A DNA stretch of 64,000 nt from Candidatus Woesearchaeota archaeon (lineage in GTDB: Archaea > Nanobdellota > Nanobdellia > Woesearchaeales > ARS49). Each line of letters begins with the position of its first letter. Position 1 is the stretch's first letter. Positions 28,798 to 37,667 of the stretch are shown here, in pieces. The position numbers and the translations under genes were made by a program. Location of the stretch: assembly GCA_003599055.1 (NCBI GenBank), contig QZIM01000002.1:70097-134096 (forward strand). The letters run 5' to 3'. The notes under the pieces were generated by a model, which saw nothing but the letters and a program-made list of their open reading frames with translations, was not told the DNA's origin and did not search any database.

Positions 28798-30878
28798 ATG
28801 AATGTGGGCCTCAGTGCGGTTGCGTAGGGTGTTCCTTCATATTGTCCGCGTTCGTGGAGGAACAGGAAGAGTCCTGCCTGCTGGTGGGGTTTTTCGGGGA
28901 GCGGCCGGTATTCCATAACGTGAAAGACGATGTTGTCTGCGGTTGCCAAGTCTTCGTATTTGAGCGTGATGTTTTCCGCGTGGTAGCCGCCGACGGGAGT
29001 GTCGCCTTTGAAGAGGAGGATGTCAAGGTCGTATTGCGCGTCGTCGTGGACGAGCCAAAGTTCGTTGCGTGCAATGCCTTCTGCTTCGGAAACAAGCCCG
29101 CTTTCTTCTGAGCTGAACTGGGTGAGGTTTGCGGGGTAGAGGAGGTATTGGTCGAATTCCTTGCCGCGAAGGGAAAGCGAGACGGTTGCGTGCATGGTTT
29201 TGGGAAGTCTTGTGTATATTTGTGAGTCGAGCCAGCGTTGTGCGCGGGCGTTCATGGGGTCGGTTGTGCTGACTTCTTCGTAGTAGGGGTGCACTTGGAT
29301 GGAATAGTTGAGTTTTTTGAGCTTGGTGAGGGAGAGGTCAACGCGGTTCTCGGTTGCCTGCTGTTCGGATGAGAGGTATCCTTCTTTTTGCCCGATGATG
29401 AGGGGGGCGTTGCATCCTTCGGGCAGGTAGCTAAAGAGGCGAATGGCGCCTGACCCGTCGCTGTACGTTTGGCCAAGGAGGCATTCTTGGTTAAGGCAGC
29501 GGTAGGTGACATTGACTCCGTCAAGTTCTTCTGCGATGGGGCTTCCTTCAACGAATCCGCGTGCGCGAACGTCAATCGTGCGGTCTCCGAAGCTTGTGCA
29601 GAATTCGGTTGTGAGCGGCGGCGCGCGGAACTCGCGCAGTCCAAAGAATATGCGGCTCGGTTCGTTGTCTTTGATGATAACGGGGAATGCGTAGTTGAAC
29701 ACGTATCCTTCGCCGTTGAATGCGTCATCGTCGCGAATGGAGACTTTGATGGGGTAGATGAGGTCATAGGTGAAATGCCATTGGTTGAGGCAGACAAAGC
29801 GCAGGTATTTGCGCGGGCCTTTCATATTTTCTGTGGAGAGGATGCCGCCGCGTGCGGGGTCTGCGTTAAGGAAGAGTTGGCCGTTGAGGGGATAGGTGAA
29901 TGCTGCTTTAAGGGTGGTGTCGCGAACGCCGGCATCAAGGGTCATGCGGTTGATTTCGTAGACGTCATCAGGGACATTGCGCGGCCAGTTGGGCGTTGCT
30001 CCCGCTTCGAGTTGTGCGCGAATCGTTTCCGCTTGGTCTTTGAGCCGTTCATAGGTGCGCTCGCTTGCGATGGGTTCGGTGTTTTGCGTGTTTGCAACGC
30101 GAACCGTGGGCAGGTTATACGCAAGGAGGTTGCGCAGTTCGTTTCGGACTTCGGGAAGGTACCATTTTTTGGTTCCGCAACTGAACTCCATTCCGCTCAA
30201 GGGTATGCGGCTGTTTGCGCTCATAAGGTCAAGGGTGAGATTTTCAAACCATTCCTGCTCGTTTTCTGCTTTCATAATTGCAGAGGCAAGTTCGTGGATG
30301 GGCTTGAGGCGCACGGTGTGGCTGGTGACAAAGTCAGTCATTTGTGTCCTGCGTTCGGTTGTTTGAATGTCAAGGGGCCAGTTGACGTTGACAATGACGC
30401 GGTCATCGGTGATGCTGATGACGGGGAGGATATTTCCGGTTGGGGTGACTTCAAAGACAGGGGCAAACGCGCGAAACTCATCAACGCATTCAGCGAGGTT
30501 GTTTTTGATGTGATGTTGAAGTTCGCGCGTGATGGTTTCAAGCGATGGCGTGCGGTCTTCTCCTTCAAAGTACCAGTACGGGGTTTTGAGGGTGCCGAAT
30601 TCGTCAAGCGCGACATAGCTTGAGGGGGTTCGCGCGATGATTTGGGGAATTTCAATGTATCCGCTTTGTTGCCCTAAGATTTCAAGGCCTTCGCGGGTAA
30701 GGTCGCGCGTGCACGTGACGACGGCATCGTAGATTTGCTGCACGTCTTCGGGGACGGTGATTGCGCGCTCAAGCGGTGCGCGCGCTTCGCGGGAGGTAAA
30801 ATAGATGACAAGTCCGATAGAGAGGAGAATGATAAGTCCTAATATGATAAATATGGTGAGCTGTGCTCGATTATTCAT
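28794..30878 (-). CDS. Class III (pilin-like) signal peptide protein, 694 aa
   Basis: MNNRA/QLTIFIILG; paralogue of 43594-45735. Confidence 0.8.
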   Translation of the reverse strand: MNNRAQLTIFIILGLIILLSIGLVIYFTSREARAPLERAITVPEDVQQIYDAVVTCTRDLTREGLEILGQQSGYIEIPQIIARTPSSYVALDEFGTLKTPYWYFEGEDRTPSLETITRELQHHIKNNLAECVDEFRAFAPVFEVTPTGNILPVISITDDRVIVNVNWPLDIQTTERRTQMTDFVTSHTVRLKPIHELASAIMKAENEQEWFENLTLDLMSANSRIPLSGMEFSCGTKKWYLPEVRNELRNLLAYNLPTVRVANTQNTEPIASERTYERLKDQAETIRAQLEAGATPNWPRNVPDDVYEINRMTLDAGVRDTTLKAAFTYPLNGQLFLNADPARGGILSTENMKGPRKYLRFVCLNQWHFTYDLIYPIKVSIRDDDAFNGEGYVFNYAFPVIIKDNEPSRIFFGLREFRAPPLTTEFCTSFGDRTIDVRARGFVEGSPIAEELDGVNVTYRCLNQECLLGQTYSDGSGAIRLFSYLPEGCNAPLIIGQKEGYLSSEQQATENRVDLSLTKLKKLNYSIQVHPYYEEVSTTDPMNARAQRWLDSQIYTRLPKTMHATVSLSLRGKEFDQYLLYPANLTQFSSEESGLVSEAEGIARNELWLVHDDAQYDLDILLFKGDTPVGGYHAENITLKYEDLATADNIVFHVMEYRPLPEKPHQQAGLFLFLHERGQYEGTPYATALRPTFI

Positions 30879-30976
30879 TGTACCCCTTTTTTTAACCCTG
30901 TTTGACCGATTGGTCTTGTTGTATTTAAAGGTTTATATTTGAGAACGGGCTGCAGAAATGGAAAAAATCGTTGTGT

Positions 30977-31366
30977 TTAGCGGCACACGCACTGCCAGCG
31001 GTTCGGGCCAAAGGGGTCGCAGGGCTTAAGCGCAAGGGTTTTTCCGCAGTAGGGGATTTTTTGTGATGCTGCCTTGTACGCATCGATGCACTGGCCGGGC
31101 TGTCCGTTCACCATAAGTTGGTCAACGTTAAAGCCGCAGGCACTCCATTTTCGGCACTGGCCGCTGCATTGTGTTTGCGTCCATTGTTGCGGTGTTGCAG
31201 GAGTGTAGGTGCGCGGAACTGTTACCGTGCGGGTTGGGACTTGGGTTCGTTGTTGGACAATCAGTTCTCCACTTGTCGCGGACGGGCTTTCGGTGTAAAC
31301 AAGGCCGAACGCGGCGGTGAGGGCGACGATGGCAATAAGCGCGATGAGTGGAGTCTTTTCGTTCAT
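30977..31366 (-). CDS. Small Cys-rich secreted protein
   Basis: N-terminal TM, eight Cys, CVCR C-terminus. Confidence 0.7.
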   Translation of the reverse strand: MNEKTPLIALIAIVALTAAFGLVYTESPSATSGELIVQQRTQVPTRTVTVPRTYTPATPQQWTQTQCSGQCRKWSACGFNVDQLMVNGQPGQCIDAYKAASQKIPYCGKTLALKPCDPFGPNRWQCVCR

Positions 31367-31503
31367 TTTTCCTCTTTTTTCGTTCACAGAATCACTGATT
31401 ATTTTTAATTGTTGCGGGTTTTTCGCGTTTCCAAGTTGTCGTACATTTTTCTCTTTGGTCGTACAATTATCTTTATAAACAAAAACAACTGCGTCACGCA
31501 CAG

Positions 31504-32409
31504 ATGAAAAGAGGTCAGGTTACTGTTTTTATCATATTGGGTATTTTGCTTCTTGCAGGGGTTGGTTTCTATCTTTACTTGTCCGGTCGTGAGGCAGAGG
31601 TTCCGCTTGAGGCGGGCGTGATGAAGCCGACAACAGACCCGCGGGTTTTTCAGGAGTTTGTTGAGGCGTGTCTTGCGGAGACCGTGACGCAGGGAGTTTA
31701 TACGATTGCGGCGCAAGGCGGCTATTCTGCGCCAAAGGGTGATTGGTCGCTTGGCGATTCCGGAGACGGTCTTCCGATTCACTATTATGTGCCTGAGGGG
31801 GTCGTGCCGTTTGTTTTGAACAGGAACGATTCGGCAGTGCGTCCTCTTGCTGATGTTGAGCTGGTTCTTGCGCGGTATGTTGCGGCGAATTTTGATGAGT
31901 GTTTGGACTTTTCTGATTTGGAAGCAAGAGGGTACGAGGTAAAAAAGCCAACTGTTGACTTTGAGGCGATAAACTGGGATTTTGCAAGGGCAAAAGTTGA
32001 GTTTGCGCAGGAGACCGTGCGAATAGATGCAGAGCTTCGGCCTGAGGGCGATATTTTTGTTCGCGCAAGATACCCGATTGCGGTAAGCGGCCTTGATGCG
32101 TCGTTTACGATTCCGGAAACTGCAGTGGTTGTGCCGCTTCGGCTGGCGTTGCTCCATAAGATTGCCGTGCGTCTTGCTGACCAGATAGGGAAGGCGGCAA
32201 GGCAGGGAAGTGCCTATAAGGTTGATGAGCATTGTCAGGAATATGCTCCGGCGGATATGCAGGTAAATGTGTATGCGTTCAAGAGCGGCGCCGTGCGTGA
32301 GGCGCTCATCACCGTAGTTGACGCAAGCCCGCGTCGTCTTGGCTTAGCCCCGCTTCGGTTCAATATTGCCGTGCGAAATGCGGATGCAGAAGGAGTGTGT
32401 CTTGGATGA
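31504..32409 (+). CDS. Class III (pilin-like) signal peptide protein, 301 aa
   Basis: MKRG/QVTVFIILG; FVEACL...QGGY shared with paralogues. Confidence 0.8.
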   Translation: MKRGQVTVFIILGILLLAGVGFYLYLSGREAEVPLEAGVMKPTTDPRVFQEFVEACLAETVTQGVYTIAAQGGYSAPKGDWSLGDSGDGLPIHYYVPEGVVPFVLNRNDSAVRPLADVELVLARYVAANFDECLDFSDLEARGYEVKKPTVDFEAINWDFARAKVEFAQETVRIDAELRPEGDIFVRARYPIAVSGLDASFTIPETAVVVPLRLALLHKIAVRLADQIGKAARQGSAYKVDEHCQEYAPADMQVNVYAFKSGAVREALITVVDASPRRLGLAPLRFNIAVRNADAEGVCLG

Positions 32410-35400
32410 AATCATTTGCGTTGTTTGCAATTATGTTGTTCTTGCTCTATCCGGTGGATGTTTCTGCGCAGCTTGACGGTGCGGACGGGGGTGAGGGTTT
32501 TGACTCATTTATTCCGGTGTTGGGAAATGTAACGGTGTCCATTGATGTCGCTTCTGTTGTCATTCCCGCATCTTTTAGTGGCGAGGATGTTTCTGCGCAA
32601 GTGAGTGTGCGGTTGGATGGGCCAAACCGGCAGGTAGGGGTTTTGGGAATCAAGATGACGCTCAAGAATTACACGGGCGGCGAGGCAGTTCTGTCAGGTG
32701 ACCAGTCGTTGACTGTTTCGCTGCAGCCGGATGCAGTGTCGAATGCGGTTGTTCTTGAAAATCTGAACTGGCGCATCTTTAGCTATTATGGGCAGTTGCA
32801 GCAGGGGCAAACCGGCTTTGGTCGCGAATTATTTTTTGATGTTCTGAAGGGCGGGAAGAATTATGGCCGTTTGGCGCTGAGTTTTGAATTGATTGACCCG
32901 CTTGCGGATGAGAGCGAGGTGACGATTTCAAAGGACGGCAGTAAGGTTGGTTCGGGTACGGTGTTTTCTGATGATGAGCCGCTTATCGACCAGTTCACGC
33001 AGGTGACGAATTTGTTTGCGGGTTTTGTGACGACGAGAAACGGCAATCCGGTGCAGACAGGGGAGATTCGGGCAGCAGTGGGAGGAGGGGTAATTGGCGG
33101 AGGGGCATTTGTTTCGGAAATCTCTGCGGTTGGCGAGCGCGGGGGGTATGGGTTCCACGGGCGCCCGATGGTTGTTTCAGGAGTGGTCGGCACTCCGGTT
33201 GATTTTTATTTTGGGGATTACAAATTGGAGACGGCGTATTTGACAAGTGAGGGGCAGGTGCGCAGGCTTGATTTCCAGCTTCCTATTGTGACGAGCGCAG
33301 TGAACTTCCCTGATTGGGATTTGGATGGGGTTCCTGATACGGAAGATGTCTGTCCGAGTTCTGATTCAAATTTGGTTGATGCGAACGGTTGCACCTGCGC
33401 GCAGCTGGTGGCGCTCAAGGGCGGAAGTTGCGTATATGTTCCCGGAAAAGGGCCGAAGTGGAGTCCTCCTGCGCCTCCGCCTCCGCAGTGTAAGACGCCA
33501 AATAAGTGCATAAGCGGCCAAGGCCCGAAGTTTTGCACGGAGAACTCAACAATTATCAATAATTGCGAAGAGTGCGGCTGTACGCCCGGGTTCACGTGTA
33601 ATCCCTGCCCTGAAGGGATGGAGTGCATTACGGATGGGAATTGTTACAAGGTAATTGAGCGGGTTGGGCTTAAGTGTTTGACAAATAAGTACGTGAACGG
33701 GCCCGGGCTGAATTGCTCGACATTGGGCAACACGTGGGTTGACGTTTTTGCAGAAGACCCGCTGAAGCGTGACTTGAGCAATTTCATTACGGTTGAGGTG
33801 GAGACGGGAACATTTGGGGGGAAGCGCAGGGATATTCGCCAGCAGATGGTGAACAATTTGAAGATGCAGAAGGTGTGCATTGATTCGGTTGACATTGGTT
33901 GTGTTCCGGAAGGGACAAAGTGTGCGGGTGAAGTGCTTTTGCAGCGGGACTTTGGTGAAGTGACCTCGGTACTTTCACAGTTCGTTCGGACAAAGACAAC
34001 GCGTGACCTTGCGGGAGCGCTTGCTTCGCCGCTGAATATCGGATTGTCGACAGGAGGCGCGCTTGCGGGTGCGCTGATTGGCGCGTCAATGGCAGGGCCG
34101 CTTCTTGCCGCAGGGCCGCTTGCCATTATCGGCTTGCTTGTCGGCGCAGTGATTGGCTTGCTTGGCGCGTTCTTTGCAAAGGTGCGCATTAAGTTTGGCC
34201 TGAACGTCCAGGCAATCAAGGATAGTTCTACAAAGGTGGCGTACGTTTGTGACCCTCTGTTGGTTCTTGGCAATATGACGTGTTCGCCGTTGATGCAAAA
34301 CACGGATTCTGATGGCGGAATTGATATTTTGTTTATGGCTGATGGGTATTCTGATGATGAGTTCCAAGCACTTGTTGAACAGCTTATCGACCGCAATAGT
34401 ACTGCGTCGGGTACGCGCAGGGAAGGTTTGTTCTCAAGAGAGCCGTTCCGCGGAAACAAGGGGCTGTTTAACGTGTGGATTATGACGGCAAACCAGTCGA
34501 TTGGCCACGTTGCGGATGAGTTCAGGCCATCGCTGGGAAGGCGTCCGAACATTACGGATGTTCGTCAGATTGCGGCGTACTGTCCGCAGCAGGACTTCAC
34601 GTTTGTTGTGACAAAGGGTGAGCGGTATTTCAGTGATTGCAGCTTTGAGGGAACGCAGCCGTGTTATTTGAGTATGGAAGATGAGGGTGTGCCGGGGCGG
34701 CAGGTGCTCCGTATGATGGGGAAGGCCTTGGGCGGTCTTGCAGATGAGTGGACTTTTGAGCGGGATGCGGTTCCAAGCAAGTATCGCGTGATGGGTCTTG
34801 AGTTTGTCGCAAGCGACAATCGTCCGAACTGTCAGACTGATGTGAATGAGGCGCGTGCGAAGTGGGGTGATAAGATTGCGGAGGCAGGGGTCGGCATTTT
34901 TGATGGGTGCGGCGGTGAATGTACGAATTGTGCGCGGTTCCAGCGCCCAACGTATAACAGCGCGATGCGGAATTGGACGCAACGGTGCACATCTGAAGGC
35001 AACTGTCGTGACGGCCCGCCGTACGACCCGTTCTATATTGTGAATGAGGAGGCGCTCATTGATGCAATGCAAAAATGGGGTGATGCAGAGGCAAGTGAGG
35101 AGGCGCCAAGCGCGCCGGTGTCGATGGAAGATGAGCAGGGTGGTAAAGAGGAGGTTTCAGAGGGGGAAGGGACGACCGAGTCTGATGTGAGTCAGGTTGA
35201 CATTAGCGTGTTTTCATTCAATCCGGGTTCAATTACGATTGCACGCGGAGAAAAAGTCCGATGGACAAACAAGGACGCAACCGAACACACGGTGACGGGA
35301 ACCGGGTTTGATTCGCGCCTCGCGCCGCAGCAGAGTTTTACAAGGACGTTTGACACTGCGGGGACGTTCACATACCAGTGCAGTATTCACCCGGAAATGC

Positions 35401-35423
35401 AGGGTGTTGTGATTGTCGAGTAG
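32406..35423 (+). CDS. Secreted multidomain protein: TSP3 repeat, Cys-rich region, glycine zipper, M64-like domain, C-terminal cupredoxin
   Basis: DWDLDGVPDTEDVCP; ILFMADGY..EPF..GGLADEW; YQCSIHPEMQG. Confidence 0.8.
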   Translation: MKSFALFAIMLFLLYPVDVSAQLDGADGGEGFDSFIPVLGNVTVSIDVASVVIPASFSGEDVSAQVSVRLDGPNRQVGVLGIKMTLKNYTGGEAVLSGDQSLTVSLQPDAVSNAVVLENLNWRIFSYYGQLQQGQTGFGRELFFDVLKGGKNYGRLALSFELIDPLADESEVTISKDGSKVGSGTVFSDDEPLIDQFTQVTNLFAGFVTTRNGNPVQTGEIRAAVGGGVIGGGAFVSEISAVGERGGYGFHGRPMVVSGVVGTPVDFYFGDYKLETAYLTSEGQVRRLDFQLPIVTSAVNFPDWDLDGVPDTEDVCPSSDSNLVDANGCTCAQLVALKGGSCVYVPGKGPKWSPPAPPPPQCKTPNKCISGQGPKFCTENSTIINNCEECGCTPGFTCNPCPEGMECITDGNCYKVIERVGLKCLTNKYVNGPGLNCSTLGNTWVDVFAEDPLKRDLSNFITVEVETGTFGGKRRDIRQQMVNNLKMQKVCIDSVDIGCVPEGTKCAGEVLLQRDFGEVTSVLSQFVRTKTTRDLAGALASPLNIGLSTGGALAGALIGASMAGPLLAAGPLAIIGLLVGAVIGLLGAFFAKVRIKFGLNVQAIKDSSTKVAYVCDPLLVLGNMTCSPLMQNTDSDGGIDILFMADGYSDDEFQALVEQLIDRNSTASGTRREGLFSREPFRGNKGLFNVWIMTANQSIGHVADEFRPSLGRRPNITDVRQIAAYCPQQDFTFVVTKGERYFSDCSFEGTQPCYLSMEDEGVPGRQVLRMMGKALGGLADEWTFERDAVPSKYRVMGLEFVASDNRPNCQTDVNEARAKWGDKIAEAGVGIFDGCGGECTNCARFQRPTYNSAMRNWTQRCTSEGNCRDGPPYDPFYIVNEEALIDAMQKWGDAEASEEAPSAPVSMEDEQGGKEEVSEGEGTTESDVSQVDISVFSFNPGSITIARGEKVRWTNKDATEHTVTGTGFDSRLAPQQSFTRTFDTAGTFTYQCSIHPEMQGVVIVE

Positions 35424-35553
35424 GTTTTTTACGGAACTGAATTCCAACATTCATCTTCTTTATTGAGCCAGTCCTTTTTAAGAACTTGTTCTGATGCGAG
35501 CATAGTGCTGGCTGATTCTTGACTCATCTCTTGGTTTTCTATTTTCTTATCAT

Positions 35554-36459
35554 TCATTCTTCTGAAACATCCCTTACTATCGGCCCCAAATACAATCGCA
35601 GCCAGCTCAGGAACAGTATCACAAAAAGAATGTTGATTGCGGAGCCGAATTGTCCGGGTATAAGTCGAAATACGTTTTCTGCAATGACTGAGATGAGGAG
35701 GGCAAGGCTTGCGGGAACAAGGAGGAGGTAAAATTTGGAAAGCCCGTTTGCGATGCCGAGCGTGATGCTTTTTCCGATTTTTTGTTTTTCAATGAAAATG
35801 ACGTGGACCCAAAGGGAAAAGTACATTGCAACAACGCCAAGGGCGATGATGCTGAAGGTGAGGACTTCCGGGTTTTTTGAGAGTGCGGCGGCAAGGATGC
35901 CAAAGGGGATGAGCCAAAGGGCCCACCAGGCGAGGGTAAGTTTGAGGAAGGAGCGCGCAAATTTTTTGTTGTATGTTTTGCGGAAAATGACGGGCCAAAT
36001 GTATCCGCGGCTGATGCCGTTTGCGGTAACGCAAATGAGCCAGAATGCGAGAAGCCCGCCTCCGATGGACCAAAGGAGGGTTTGTGCGCCGGCAAGGTTT
36101 TGCGCGGCAAGCTCGGGGCTGAGCATTGCCTGCTGGGTGATGCTTGTTCCTGCGATGACGTTTTGTGAGACTTTGTTGAGTGCGAAAAGAATGCCGTATC
36201 CGCTGATGAGAAATGCTGCCCAGTAGGCAGCGTCTGCAAGTGCGGTGATGATGAGGTCTTTTCCGCGTGATGCGGCGTGAATTGCAGAGTCAAGTGTGCG
36301 TTTTCCGTATGCGCTTGGCGCGGATAGGAGGAGAATGCCTGCGGCAAGGAGGAGTTTTGATTCTGCTCCTGCAATGATGGAGAGTATTGCAATAACGAGC
36401 GTAACTGCTCCAATACCGCGCGTTGCAGTGAGATGCTGCTGCCAACCCCTCTTTTTCAT
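35554..36459 (-). CDS. Multi-pass membrane protein (paralogue of 19930-20724)
   Basis: Multiple TM helices; SRGYIW..FLKLTLAW. Confidence 0.7.
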   Translation of the reverse strand: MKKRGWQQHLTATRGIGAVTLVIAILSIIAGAESKLLLAAGILLLSAPSAYGKRTLDSAIHAASRGKDLIITALADAAYWAAFLISGYGILFALNKVSQNVIAGTSITQQAMLSPELAAQNLAGAQTLLWSIGGGLLAFWLICVTANGISRGYIWPVIFRKTYNKKFARSFLKLTLAWWALWLIPFGILAAALSKNPEVLTFSIIALGVVAMYFSLWVHVIFIEKQKIGKSITLGIANGLSKFYLLLVPASLALLISVIAENVFRLIPGQFGSAINILFVILFLSWLRLYLGPIVRDVSEE

Positions 36460-36502
36460 GGAGTGTAACACTCAGAGGAGGTATAAGAAGGTTGCGCTAT
36501 GT

Positions 36503-36808
36503 TCAGTGTGCGGGAATTATTTTGAGCCCGTCTTTTTCTTCGATGAGGATGATTTCACTTTCTTTGGTGAGGCGGTATTTTGCCGCAAGAGCCTTTGGAA
36601 TGCGAAGGCCAAGGCTCGCGCCCCAAGATGACAATTTAACGTGATATTTCTTGAGCACGCGATATTTTTCTGCAAGCGCGTGGAGTTGGGTCATATTCAG
36701 GATTTCATTGCGGCAATTCTTGCAGCGGTAGTACGTATAGGGTATGCCGTCGGGCATAGTTCCTTCGGCAGGAGTCATTTCCTCTCCGCATTCCGTGCAT
36801 TTTTTCAT
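36503..36808 (-). CDS. Zn-ribbon plus AbrB/MazE antitoxin
   Basis: CTECG..CKNC; WGASLGLRIPK. Confidence 0.8.
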   Translation of the reverse strand: MKKCTECGEEMTPAEGTMPDGIPYTYYRCKNCRNEILNMTQLHALAEKYRVLKKYHVKLSSWGASLGLRIPKALAAKYRLTKESEIILIEEKDGLKIIPAH

Positions 36809-36811
36809 CGT

Positions 36812-37042
36812 TTAGTTTTCTTCTTCGATTGTTACAATCGTGAGCGTTTCTCCTTTGATTCTGCCGACGCAAATTATTGTTCTTTTTGAGCCCTTCGCAA
36901 TGAATCTAACCACTTCTTTCCCTTGATGTTCAATGCGTCCTTTGTGGATGGTTTGTTCAATGAGGTCAGGGTCTATTCCGCGCGCAAATGCCTGCAGGAT
37001 GGCGTGCCGCGTTATCTCAATTTGATATCTTTTAATATTCAT
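36812..37042 (-). CDS. DUF4258-like toxin
   Basis: ITRHA...RGI...IVT motif. Confidence 0.75.
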   Translation of the reverse strand: MNIKRYQIEITRHAILQAFARGIDPDLIEQTIHKGRIEHQGKEVVRFIAKGSKRTIICVGRIKGETLTIVTIEEEN

Positions 37043-37264
37043 ACATATCACGGAGTATATAATGATTTGCTTTTATTCGCTTTAAGAACTTGTCGTCGGA
37101 GAATCGGGAATTTTTCTGGTTTTTGTTGCTGAAGTATGTGTTCTGATTAATTAATAATTTCCATATTACAAATATATAATTTATACATTTTATAAGTTAT
37201 TTTCTTTACTCTCCCGTGGTGAAAATCATAACACTTATATAGTCCAAACTACATATAACGGGGT

Positions 37265-37591
37265 ATGAGCTTAGCAGACCTTATCAAAAAGACAATGCTC
37301 GCAGCAGGACTTGTTGCAGCAATGAGCGGGTGCTACTCTGCAGCAGACCATCAAAGAAGGTTAGATGAAATGAACGCCGCTCGAAGAAACGGCTACACGC
37401 TCAGCTCTGGCCGTGCCGCAGGCACTTCAACTTCTTACGCTGATGCAAACACGACTGGTGCTCAGACGCGCCAGAATGGCTTGCACTTTACCGGTTCTCA
37501 GGGCTATATGCCGCGTGAGGATGAGGATTTTTCTGAGCAGATGTCGACGACGGATTATCGCCGGTATGGCGGTCATCGTTTGGAAAAGTAG
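37265..37591 (+). CDS. Putative small lipoprotein
   Basis: MSGC lipobox-like sequence; AT-rich upstream promoter. Confidence 0.6.
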   Translation: MSLADLIKKTMLAAGLVAAMSGCYSAADHQRRLDEMNAARRNGYTLSSGRAAGTSTSYADANTTGAQTRQNGLHFTGSQGYMPREDEDFSEQMSTTDYRRYGGHRLEK

Positions 37592-37612
37592 TTTTTTCCT
37601 CTGAATTTCTTC

Positions 37613-37654
37613 ACTGAGAACCACGAACTACAAAATACTAATTACTAACTACCA
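37613..37654. repeat. Degenerate heptamer tandem repeat
   Basis: ACTGAGA ACCACGA ACTACAA AATACTA ATTACTA ACTACCA. Confidence 0.55.
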
Positions 37655-37667
37655 AAAACCAACCCGT

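Noticed and set aside
29469..30623. 384-aa ORF and other long antisense ORFs (e.g. 33644-34552, 45985-46773, 31405-32232)
   Set aside because: Shadows of well-supported genes on the opposite strand, with no recognisable motifs
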